Origin: a virus
Taxonomy: Duplodnaviria; Caudoviricetes
IMG/VR virus record: IMGVR_UViG_3300028887_000079
Location: 1-64,000 of that record
Length of the DNA: 64,000 nucleotides
Direction: 5' to 3' (one strand)
Shown: positions 27,638 through 35,504 of the stretch, piece by piece
Layout of the letters: the number at the start of each line of letters is the position of its first letter
Numbering within the stretch: the first letter of the stretch is position 1
The notes under the pieces: generated by a model
Database searches by the model: none
Seen by the model: only the letters and a program-made list of their open reading frames with translations
Told to the model about the DNA's origin: nothing
Position numbers and translations under genes: made by a program

Positions 27638-28663
27638 ATGCCTTACAATCCGCAAACAATGAACCTCAACGCCGCACAGGCAAACGCAGCAGCATCTAAG
27701 GACAGCTACGGTGCCTCCGGTCCGACCATCATCGATGCCCCCGCCGGCGTCAAGTTCTTCGCCCTCAAGAAGGACATGATCGGTCAGGACGTTTACCTCA
27801 ACATCATTCCGTGGGGAATTGAATCCGACAAGCACATGGGCGTCCACAACGGCACGGCACAGATCGGCCAGGGCGAAATCTTCGCCGAAATGTGGACTCA
27901 CCGCGTGGAAGGTGTTGTCAAGGGCAATTCTCTTTGCCTTCAGCGCATGTATGGGACGCGTTGCCCGTTCTGCGAAGCATCCAAGAATTCCGGCGCTGGT
28001 GAAGCCAAGGCTTCCCACCGTATGGCCCTTTGGGTTCAGCACGTTGACGCGCAGGGCAATCCGGTTGGCGGCGATCCGACCCCGAAGCTCTTCATTACGT
28101 CCTACGCCACGTTCGGCAAGGAATTGCTTGATTCCGCCGAAGTGCAGGGCCGCCGTATGGGTCTCCCCGGTTCCATTCCGTTTGCCGACCCGTCCATCAA
28201 CGGCAAGATCGTGACCTTCCGTGTTGAAAACAAGAGCGGTGGCGGCTTTGATTTCCTCAACTGCGTCCAGTTCGGTTTCCTCCCGCGCCGTGCTCCAATT
28301 GCGCAGAACATTCTCGATACCATTCCGGCCATCGACAAGTTCCTGCACATTCCGACCGACAAGGAAATCGCCGAAGCGCTTTACGGCGCCGACAATACCC
28401 CGGCTGCTCCGGCTGCTCCTGCCTATCAGCAGGCCGCTCCGGCCACTCCCGCTGCGCAGAACTACGGCGCTCCGGCTCAGGGTTACGGGCAGGGTGGGTT
28501 TCAGCAGGCCGCTCCGGCCGCTGCCCCGAATTACGGCGCTCCCGCCGCACCCGCTGGTCAGTCTCAGGGTTTCGGCGCACCGGGCACTGCCGCACCGGCT
28601 GCTCCGACTGGCGCTCCCGCTTATGACCCCAACGCAACCGGCTATCCGGAACCGACTTTCTAA
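27638..28663 (+). CDS. Single-stranded DNA-binding protein (gp32-like)
   Basis: H...CL...CPFCE zinc motif, DP..G motif, long P/A/Q/G tail ending PEPTF. Confidence 0.7.
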   Translation: MPYNPQTMNLNAAQANAAASKDSYGASGPTIIDAPAGVKFFALKKDMIGQDVYLNIIPWGIESDKHMGVHNGTAQIGQGEIFAEMWTHRVEGVVKGNSLCLQRMYGTRCPFCEASKNSGAGEAKASHRMALWVQHVDAQGNPVGGDPTPKLFITSYATFGKELLDSAEVQGRRMGLPGSIPFADPSINGKIVTFRVENKSGGGFDFLNCVQFGFLPRRAPIAQNILDTIPAIDKFLHIPTDKEIAEALYGADNTPAAPAAPAYQQAAPATPAAQNYGAPAQGYGQGGFQQAAPAAAPNYGAPAAPAGQSQGFGAPGTAAPAAPTGAPAYDPNATGYPEPTF

Positions 28664-28687
28664 TTGATATCGGTAAAGGCTACGGCC

Positions 28688-28720
28688 GAAGGCCGCCTGA
28701 GTATTTGGGCGGCCTTTTTA
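28688..28720 (+). terminator. Intrinsic terminator
   Basis: AAGGCCGCC-TGAGTATTTG-GGCGGCCTT-TTTA. Confidence 0.75.
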
Positions 28721-28783
28721 TTCCGACTCTTCCAATCAAAAAAAACAATGAACGAATCACTAACACAGCTAAGGAAATTTTTT

Positions 28784-30172
28784 ATGGCTAAAGAAATTGC
28801 AAAGCCCACGCCCTACATGAGCATGGGTTCGGATCTCCTTGACCTGCTTGTTGGCGGAGCCAAGGGCGTGATGGGTTTGCCTTACGGCGCCATCCTCAAC
28901 ATCGCGGGCGACAAGTCCAGCGGCAAGTCGTTTATCAAGAACGAAATCCTCGCCGCCAACTACCACAAGAATAACGGCGACCCCAAGAAATTCGCGTGGT
29001 TCTCCGATGACTGCGAAAGCGGTGATACCTTCAATACTGGCGCCCTCTACAATGTGGACCTCCGCCCGATGGACGCAGAAGGCAAACTTCCTATCGGAAA
29101 GAAGCGCGTCTATGACTCTACAACCGTTGAAGAAATGGACGCCCACGTTTCCCTGTTCCTCGAACATTTGGATTCCTTGCCGGACGATGCGGTTGGCATT
29201 TATGCTATCGACTCCCTCGATGGTTTGAGCGATGCCACGCGCGAAGCAATGGAAGGCGCCCGCCTCGGTCAGTTGAAGACCGGAAACGAAGTCAAGGACA
29301 AAGGCGACTTTGGTATGCAAATTCCGAAGTTCCTCAGCCAGCAATTCTTCCGCCCGAAGCACCAAAAGCTGGAAGATGCCCGCTGCTCGCTCATCATCAT
29401 TTCGCAGATTCGCGACAAGGTTGATGCGGTTGGCGGCTACGGACAGAAGTGGGAAATCTCGAACGGCAAGGCATTGGAATTCTATTGCCACACCCGCGTA
29501 TTCCTCACAACGGTTCGCAAGATCGAAAAGGACGGACTTGTCATCGGCGCCTATGTCAAGGCAACCACCTTCAAGTCCAAGACGCCGCGTCCTTACCGCA
29601 CGGTTTACTACACCGTGTATTTCAACTACGGCATTGACAATATCGGCAGCAACCTCGACTATCTCTTCAACCTCCGCGAAAAGGACGGCAAGCTCAAAGA
29701 ATGCGCCAACGCAATTAAGTGGGAAGAAGGCGCCGAGTTGTCCTTGCAGTCGATGAAGGACTGGATGAACGAAATGGGTTGCACCGCTGAATGCCGTGCC
29801 GAACGCAAGGCTAAAGAAGGCAACCAAAACATTTCGATGGATTGGGCGAAGGGCTGGATCGCGCAGCGCCCGGAATTGTTGGCAAAGTTCGAGGAACGCT
29901 TCGGCAAGCAGTATACGCGTGAAGAACTTATCAACATGTGCGAAGTGAATCCGGAGATGGCTCAGGAACTTACCCGCCGCGTCATTGCGAAGTGGGAAGC
30001 GCTTGAAGATTCCGTCCTGCTTAACCGCCCGAGCAAGTATGGTCCGCGTCCGGCGATGCCGGTTCAGCCTGCCCCGGCTGCTGCGCCTGCTCCCGTGGTT
30101 GAAGCAGCCCCGGAACCGCCTGCCGATGCGGAACCTGAAAAGCCCGCGGATGAGGAACCCCTCCTCGCTTAA
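28784..30172 (+). CDS. recA: RecA/UvsX-like recombinase with C-terminal extension
   Basis: GSDLLDLLVGG, GDKSSGKS, AIDSLD, IISQIRD, GKALEFY, KSKT..PYR, YGID. Confidence 0.85.
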   Translation: MAKEIAKPTPYMSMGSDLLDLLVGGAKGVMGLPYGAILNIAGDKSSGKSFIKNEILAANYHKNNGDPKKFAWFSDDCESGDTFNTGALYNVDLRPMDAEGKLPIGKKRVYDSTTVEEMDAHVSLFLEHLDSLPDDAVGIYAIDSLDGLSDATREAMEGARLGQLKTGNEVKDKGDFGMQIPKFLSQQFFRPKHQKLEDARCSLIIISQIRDKVDAVGGYGQKWEISNGKALEFYCHTRVFLTTVRKIEKDGLVIGAYVKATTFKSKTPRPYRTVYYTVYFNYGIDNIGSNLDYLFNLREKDGKLKECANAIKWEEGAELSLQSMKDWMNEMGCTAECRAERKAKEGNQNISMDWAKGWIAQRPELLAKFEERFGKQYTREELINMCEVNPEMAQELTRRVIAKWEALEDSVLLNRPSKYGPRPAMPVQPAPAAAPAPVVEAAPEPPADAEPEKPADEEPLLA

Positions 30173-30186
30173 ATGGCAAATGCCAG

Positions 30187-30270
30187 CGCATAAACGCGCT
30201 TAAAATCGCTTATTTATAATAAGGCGCCCCAATACAAGGGCGCTTTTCTTTTTGCCGTAAACGCGCTTTT
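30187..30270. repeat. Terminator-centred repeat copy
   Basis: CATAAACGCGCTTAAAATCGCTTA...AAGGCGCCC-AATACAA-GGGCGCTTTT...TAAACGCGC. Confidence 0.55.
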
Positions 30271-30274
30271 TTGC

Positions 30275-30395
30275 GCAAAATCGCCAATTCTTAAAAAAAG
30301 TGAGAATTTTTCTAAAAACGGGGTGTCTTTTTCAAACAATGATTCTATATTATGGACATAACGGCGCAGGTAGCGCTGAATCAAGGAAAGAAAAT
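30275..30395 (+). promoter_or_regulatory. Conserved early-type promoter, copy 2
   Basis: GGGGTGTCTTTTTCA (30320-30334)-N11-TATATTAT, near-identical to 6835-6975. Confidence 0.8.
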
Positions 30396-30743
30396 ATGGC
30401 AAACGTTTTACGCTTCAAGACCAAAAAGGCAGCGGTCGCCTTCTTCGAGAAAAAGATCGCCACCGAAGACAAGTGGGTGGTAGGCGCCCTCAAGACCTTG
30501 ACCGATTATCAAACCGAAACGGAAAAGGCTACGCGCACAACCATCAACCACAACAATGTCGGTTTTCAGCCGCGTCACGCCAATTTCTGCACCACGGCAG
30601 CCAACTACACGCGCATTTATCCTAACACGATGGCAAAGCTCCGCACCATCCTCCCGCACTACTGCGGCCAGCTGGTCGAACACTGCCGCGCGAAAGGCAC
30701 AGTCATCATTGAACGTAAAACTCGCTCGGACAAGGAGGCATAA
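30396..30743 (+). CDS. Early hypothetical protein
   Basis: AAGGAAAGAA RBS; QTxxE...HNNVGF motif. Confidence 0.7.
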   Translation: MANVLRFKTKKAAVAFFEKKIATEDKWVVGALKTLTDYQTETEKATRTTINHNNVGFQPRHANFCTTAANYTRIYPNTMAKLRTILPHYCGQLVEHCRAKGTVIIERKTRSDKEA

Positions 30744-30744
30744 C

Positions 30745-31146
30745 ATGTTCGATAGAAAAGCAATCCGCCAGCACCACGAAGCCCTCAACGCAATCATGAA
30801 AAAGTATTGCGAAGAACACGGCCTTGTATTCGTGCCGAAGTCCCTCTCTTACACCAACACCTCCTTTGACTACAAGTTCGAAGCGAAGGAAGCAGGCGAA
30901 GAAGGTTACCCCGAACTCAGCGAACTTGAACGCATGATCATTCTCGGTCATATGGACAAGGCGCCGGAAGAAACCAAGAATTGCAAGACCCCGCTCGGCC
31001 GCTCCGTTTACACCATCTCCGGTCGCGTGATCAAGCTGGTCGGCTTCAACCGCAAGAAACAGTATTGCTGGGTCATCGAGGTTGATGGCAAGCAAAAGAT
31101 TTGCAAGAACGAAATGATTGACTGGTCCCGCGGCTTCGCCGCATAA
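30745..31146 (+). CDS. Early hypothetical protein (ends GFAA)
   Basis: AAGGAGG RBS; start MFDRKA. Confidence 0.7.
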   Translation: MFDRKAIRQHHEALNAIMKKYCEEHGLVFVPKSLSYTNTSFDYKFEAKEAGEEGYPELSELERMIILGHMDKAPEETKNCKTPLGRSVYTISGRVIKLVGFNRKKQYCWVIEVDGKQKICKNEMIDWSRGFAA

Positions 31147-31159
31147 GGAGGTTTTCATC

Positions 31160-31597
31160 ATGCGCACCATCAAAGAATTTCTCGGATCGTGGTTTGCCGC
31201 CGAACCTACCAAGGCAGGCCGGAACGAAATTGCAGTGGACATTTGGTATGACTGGTTTTGTTCCGAAGAGGGCCTTTTCGCCCGCACGCGCAAGTTCATC
31301 GGGCCGCTTCATCAGCTTATCAAGGCTGTCCCTGAAGCAGGCGAGTTCTCGCCTAGCGGGAAAAACTGCTGCCCGGTGTCCGCACCGCTTTACGATTGCC
31401 TTCGCGTGTTCGATGGCGATAACTTCGTGGTGGGAGTTTCTTTTGATGACGTGCGCGAAGATTACCGCTTCGAGGTGTGGGTCATCAAGAACAATGCTGT
31501 TCAGGATGTATATACCGGAAGTGATCATGCGGAAATGGTCAAGGCTATGATCGAAGCCACCCGCGCCTACATCGCAACCAAGGCTGTTGCCGCATAA
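31160..31597 (+). CDS. Early hypothetical protein (ends AVAA)
   Basis: AAGGAGG RBS; WYDWFC...KNCCP...PLYD motif. Confidence 0.7.
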   Translation: MRTIKEFLGSWFAAEPTKAGRNEIAVDIWYDWFCSEEGLFARTRKFIGPLHQLIKAVPEAGEFSPSGKNCCPVSAPLYDCLRVFDGDNFVVGVSFDDVREDYRFEVWVIKNNAVQDVYTGSDHAEMVKAMIEATRAYIATKAVAA

Positions 31598-31610
31598 GGA
31601 GATTTTTATT

Positions 31611-32012
31611 ATGGCTGAAAAACCGAACTGGGGAGATATCCTCAACTTTGTCAAGTCGCTCGAAATTATGGGTTATACGCCCGATCGCGACAAGAACCAC
31701 ATTGAAAAGCGTGGCGCCTATTTCACATTCGAAGTGAACATTTGCCGCACCGTTAAGGGCGACTTCAAACACCTCGATTGCCGCCTCATTCTTCATTTCG
31801 TGAATTTTGATTGCCGTGCGCTGCCCCGCGTGATTGAATTCCAAAAGTGCAAGGCGCTTTCGGTGGAATATGTCCGTGCTTGCGAAGAGCGCGTGCAGAC
31901 CATCGGCACTACGATCAACGCGATGTTCAATGCCATCAAAAATCAGGCATCGTTGGTCGATCCCAAGGAAATTCTCAAAAAGGAAAACGAATCTAAAAAG
32001 GAGGACGCATAG
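31611..32012 (+). CDS. Early hypothetical protein
   Basis: AAGGAG RBS. Confidence 0.65.
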   Translation: MAEKPNWGDILNFVKSLEIMGYTPDRDKNHIEKRGAYFTFEVNICRTVKGDFKHLDCRLILHFVNFDCRALPRVIEFQKCKALSVEYVRACEERVQTIGTTINAMFNAIKNQASLVDPKEILKKENESKKEDA

Positions 32013-32013
32013 T

Positions 32014-32277
32014 ATGCACCCGGTAGTTATCATCCCGAAAATTTGCGCAGACGAAACCCTGCACGATCTCGCCATCACCAATTTCATCGCCGACATGATC
32101 GCGCGTATGGAAGACAGCCGCTCCGAATTCAACCCCGCCAACTTCCGCCTTTATAAGGAATGCGGCAACCTGATGGTGTCCGTGCGCAACGTTCAGCGCT
32201 GCCTTGAAGGCTACAACTATGCGTATCAGGTTAAGCAGGTGATGGACGCTGTCACCGAAGCGGGGTTCTTCGAATGA
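32014..32277 (+). CDS. Early hypothetical protein
   Basis: GGAGG RBS; start MHPVVII. Confidence 0.6.
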   Translation: MHPVVIIPKICADETLHDLAITNFIADMIARMEDSRSEFNPANFRLYKECGNLMVSVRNVQRCLEGYNYAYQVKQVMDAVTEAGFFE

Positions 32278-32387
32278 CCGGCGCCCGCACCCTGAAACGC
32301 AAAATCCTTGTCGGACTCGGCTATGCAGGCGCCACCGCTGTCCTGCTTGCCGCATACGGCTTTGCCGGATGGCTTGAACATTTGTAG
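32274..32387 (+). CDS. 37-aa membrane peptide
   Basis: MTGARTLKRKILVGLGYAGATAVLLAAYGFAGWLEHL; ATGA overlap. Confidence 0.45.
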   Translation: MTGARTLKRKILVGLGYAGATAVLLAAYGFAGWLEHL

Positions 32388-32395
32388 AGGTTATT

Positions 32396-32899
32396 ATGCT
32401 GACGGATCTTACAAAAATTGATTGGGAAGACATCATTAAGCAGGAGGCGCCCGCCGTCAAGGAGGACGTGCTGAAGACCGCTTCGGAGCGTAACGGACAT
32501 GAAAAGCCGGGCGCCCGCCTTGCATACTTCTGCACGATGGGAGTTGAATGCGCCAAGGCTGGCAAGCGCACCCTCCTCATTTCGCTGGATTATCCGGTCG
32601 GGATGGTTATGCGCAAGCTGTTCTCCATTTGCCTCAATGAGCCCTTCCCGCCCGGATCCGAGGCAACGCCGGAAAAGATCGAAGCGGTCCGCAATGTTGT
32701 CGGCGATCGCATTCTCATCTTCACCCCGCCGGTCCCCGGTTTCTCGCTGAAGGCATTGAATGAAATTCTTCTCCGCCACCCTAAAACGGATATCGTGGTA
32801 TTCGACAACATCATGATAGTCAACCGCACAACCAATAAAATCAGCAGCAAGGACTTGCGTGACATCGCCGTCAAGCATAAGGTAGCAGTCGTAACGTAG
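32396..32899 (+). CDS. Truncated, degenerate DnaB/RecA-fold protein
   Basis: AKAGKRTLLISLD, DIVVFDNIM, LRDIAVKHKVAVVT align with DnaB H1a/H2/H3; no GK[ST]. Confidence 0.55.
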   Translation: MLTDLTKIDWEDIIKQEAPAVKEDVLKTASERNGHEKPGARLAYFCTMGVECAKAGKRTLLISLDYPVGMVMRKLFSICLNEPFPPGSEATPEKIEAVRNVVGDRILIFTPPVPGFSLKALNEILLRHPKTDIVVFDNIMIVNRTTNKISSKDLRDIAVKHKVAVVT

Positions 32900-32909
32900 G
32901 AGGCACCAA

Positions 32910-33158
32910 ATGAAAATTCGCATCACAAAGAAGTCCAACAAAAAGGACGTTGGCATCATCAACTTGGATTGTGCAGCAGCGGTCCACATTAAGCCGCGTG
33001 TGGGGCTTGAAGTATTTATCTCGCCCGGCGCACAGCCTGCCATATTCCCGCGCAAGGTCTACAAGTTCGAATATGTAGAAGTAAGCGGAAGTGGCGCCGT
33101 TGCCTATCTCGAAAAGCCGCTGGACTGGATCCTTGAAAAGTATGGAAAGGGGTTGTGA
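32910..33158 (+). CDS. Hypothetical protein
   Basis: AGGAGG RBS. Confidence 0.6.
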   Translation: MKIRITKKSNKKDVGIINLDCAAAVHIKPRVGLEVFISPGAQPAIFPRKVYKFEYVEVSGSGAVAYLEKPLDWILEKYGKGL

Positions 33159-33364
33159 TGACTTGCTTTGCAATCTTTCCTCGTGTTGTTAAGGTGCTTG
33201 AAATCCGGCACGACCCTTTCGGTTATCGCCCGCTACGCAAAAGGGTGATCGGGAAAAAGCTGCATGTCGGCACATACTACGTGGCGGAGCATTCCAAAAC
33301 ACCGGGCCTTGAAGTAGGCGACCTTTTCATTATCAAAGAACATTTTGAAACCTGTCTCCGATGA
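33155..33364 (+). CDS. Hypothetical protein
   Basis: GTGA overlap with the upstream gene. Confidence 0.5.
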   Translation: MMTCFAIFPRVVKVLEIRHDPFGYRPLRKRVIGKKLHVGTYYVAEHSKTPGLEVGDLFIIKEHFETCLR

Positions 33365-33371
33365 GGTTTAT

Positions 33372-33944
33372 ATGGCAGTCGAAAAAGAAGAAACCCTTTA
33401 TGTTGGAATGATGCGCGACAAGTATGAACTTCTCCGCGAAGGTTCCCTTCAGTGCAATGACAACGCGCAAAAGTTCCTTTATTTCGCAGCGCTGCCAAAA
33501 TCCAAGAGCGATGGGTGGCACACGAACAAAAGCGAGTGGACATTCAAGCCCAATGGCAGGCGCCTCGTTGCCTATCAGGCGCCCCACACGATTTACGGAT
33601 TCCCCGTAATTGAAATTGACGAGGAGCGCTCCGTTGAAAAGCGCTATGAAATCGAATGTATGGAAGCCCGCAAAATCCCGCGCAATGCGTGGTGGTCGGA
33701 CACAACATTCACCCCGGACAAAGAACTCACTTACGTGTTCTTGGAAGAACTCCCGAAATTCGTTCCGGAATACGGGACGATGGGCTGGAAGCTCAAGCGC
33801 GAAACCGATTTCGATCGTATAATTTATAGGCTCGAAGAAAACTTTGAGCCCGCGGCGGAGCGCGAGCAACGCCATCGTAACAACGCCCCGCATGACAACG
33901 GGGACTACTTTACCGGAATCGGACTAGGACACGGAGATGACTAA
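33372..33944 (+). CDS. Hypothetical protein
   Basis: GAGG RBS; start MAVEKEE. Confidence 0.6.
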   Translation: MAVEKEETLYVGMMRDKYELLREGSLQCNDNAQKFLYFAALPKSKSDGWHTNKSEWTFKPNGRRLVAYQAPHTIYGFPVIEIDEERSVEKRYEIECMEARKIPRNAWWSDTTFTPDKELTYVFLEELPKFVPEYGTMGWKLKRETDFDRIIYRLEENFEPAAEREQRHRNNAPHDNGDYFTGIGLGHGDD

Positions 33945-34203
33945 AAAAGAAAAACAATCCAAATCGGCGGCGAAGCTCGTAATCGCGATCGTTGCCGCCA
34001 TTCTTATCTCGGTTGGCATTGTCGGTATCTATGTCGGAATGTGCACCGCTATGGTTTCGAATCTTGTCGGCGCCTGCATCGCCTTGCTTGGGGTGATCTT
34101 GTGCCTGATTGGCGGTGGATTGCTCATCGTTACGTTTGCCACCCAGCTTGATGATGATACCGATGGTCCGCACTTCTATGGGCCGGGAGGAACGATTATA
34201 TGA
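33937..34203 (+). CDS. Two-TM membrane protein
   Basis: Two long hydrophobic helices. Confidence 0.6.
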   Translation: MTKKEKQSKSAAKLVIAIVAAILISVGIVGIYVGMCTAMVSNLVGACIALLGVILCLIGGGLLIVTFATQLDDDTDGPHFYGPGGTII

Positions 34204-34505
34204 AAAATGGGTTGACCGCGTATGAGTCCAAGCTGGTGGTTCGTGCCGCGGGCATTATGAGCGGACTCAATATGCCGGTGAAAAGCACCTGCTGGAGCAC
34301 CCGGGCGGTAACGAAAGAACGCGCCTATGTGATCACCTTCTACAATACGAATCCGGATGTGTTGGAAAAGGCCGCAACCGGTATGAAACGCGCTTTTCGC
34401 CGGGCCTGCGTATTGCACGGAAAACAGAGCCTTCACCCCGGCGAATTGCCGACCCAATTCATCATTTTGACGCTGAATGAGGCCCACCACAAGAAATGCG
34501 CATAA
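34200..34505 (+). CDS. Hypothetical protein
   Basis: ATGA overlap, GGAGG RBS. Confidence 0.55.
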   Translation: MKNGLTAYESKLVVRAAGIMSGLNMPVKSTCWSTRAVTKERAYVITFYNTNPDVLEKAATGMKRAFRRACVLHGKQSLHPGELPTQFIILTLNEAHHKKCA

Positions 34506-34592
34506 ACGGCGATTTAAGGCGATAAAAAGTTTAGGCAGGTAAATACCTGCCTTTTTAATTTGACGCGCTTATACGCTCAGTAAACGCGCATT
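34500..34592. repeat. Terminator-centred repeat copy (bidirectional terminator)
   Basis: CATAAACGGCGATTTAAGGCGATAAAAAG..AGGCAGGT-AAAT-ACCTGCCT..ATTTGACGCGCTTATA. Confidence 0.75.
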
Positions 34593-35079
34593 ACTTAGGA
34601 ATCCAAATCGTTGTGACCTTGCCGATGTTACAGCGGCACCAATCGTCTTCGCTAGGAGGTCCATACCACGAATCGTCAATCCCCACAGCGGTTTCAATGA
34701 GCCACGCCTTGAACTTGCTATAACCCGCCTGATCGCGGAGGAATAGGCGAAGGAACCGGTTGGTATCCTGAAAGTTGAGACTATCGCCGTATGCCAGCAA
34801 ATCGTGGAACAGCCAGCCCGCCCTTTCATCTTCAGTGCCGAGATTGGGCACGATGCGATCAATAAGCGGAGGACCACTTCTTCCATCAAACATGAAGCCT
34901 GCCTCGGAGCGGGCAAGCAGGCGCCCGGTATCACACTCGGCAATCATGTAGACCGGATGCTCCAGCAAATACCGGCGCTTCCATTTCTTGGATTCAATCA
35001 GGTTGTTGAGGTCTTCCCGGCCCTTATCGTAGTCGGCGCCCCGCACGAATGAATAAGAATAAACAGCGTTCATAAGCAC
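34591..35079 (-). CDS. DUF1353-like protein
   Basis: GFMFDGRSGP...LFHDLLAY...NRFL pattern. Confidence 0.6.
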   Translation of the reverse strand: MLMNAVYSYSFVRGADYDKGREDLNNLIESKKWKRRYLLEHPVYMIAECDTGRLLARSEAGFMFDGRSGPPLIDRIVPNLGTEDERAGWLFHDLLAYGDSLNFQDTNRFLRLFLRDQAGYSKFKAWLIETAVGIDDSWYGPPSEDDWCRCNIGKVTTIWIPK

Positions 35080-35501
35080 TAGTCCTCATCTGTTTCCTTC
35101 TTTTTCTCTTTGCGATCGCTGCGGTCTTTCAGGACCGCTACATTCTCGGACATAGCATTGATCTTCTCATAGATCTTGCTTAATTCTTCCTTGAATTCGT
35201 TTTTGATTGAATTGTCGGCGCTTTCGAGTTTTTCGAGCCGTGTGGTCACTTTAGAAAGTGCCTCGTCCATCCGCTTTGTGATGGCATCCGCAACGGAACC
35301 CATCTCGGTTTCAAATTTCCCTTCAAGTTCTTTCTTGGTGGCGGCCAACGAATCGGAGAGCGCCTTCTTTTCAATTTCGAGCGATGAGACACGCTTGGTC
35401 AAATCGCGAATAACGAAAATCAAAATCACGGCGACAACGACCGCAGGCCAACCAAGAAGTTTTCCAAGATCCATCAAATAGGGTATCAATTCCATAACCA
35501 A
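35079..35501 (-). CDS. Single-TM coiled-coil protein (holin/spanin-like candidate)
   Basis: N-terminal TM helix followed by coiled coil; downstream of the fibre gene. Confidence 0.5.
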   Translation of the reverse strand: MVMELIPYLMDLGKLLGWPAVVVAVILIFVIRDLTKRVSSLEIEKKALSDSLAATKKELEGKFETEMGSVADAITKRMDEALSKVTTRLEKLESADNSIKNEFKEELSKIYEKINAMSENVAVLKDRSDRKEKKKETDED

Positions 35502-35504
35502 CTC

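Noticed and set aside
28390-28660. Repetitive GCTCCGGC-rich stretch
   Set aside because: Encodes the low-complexity SSB tail; not an independent element.
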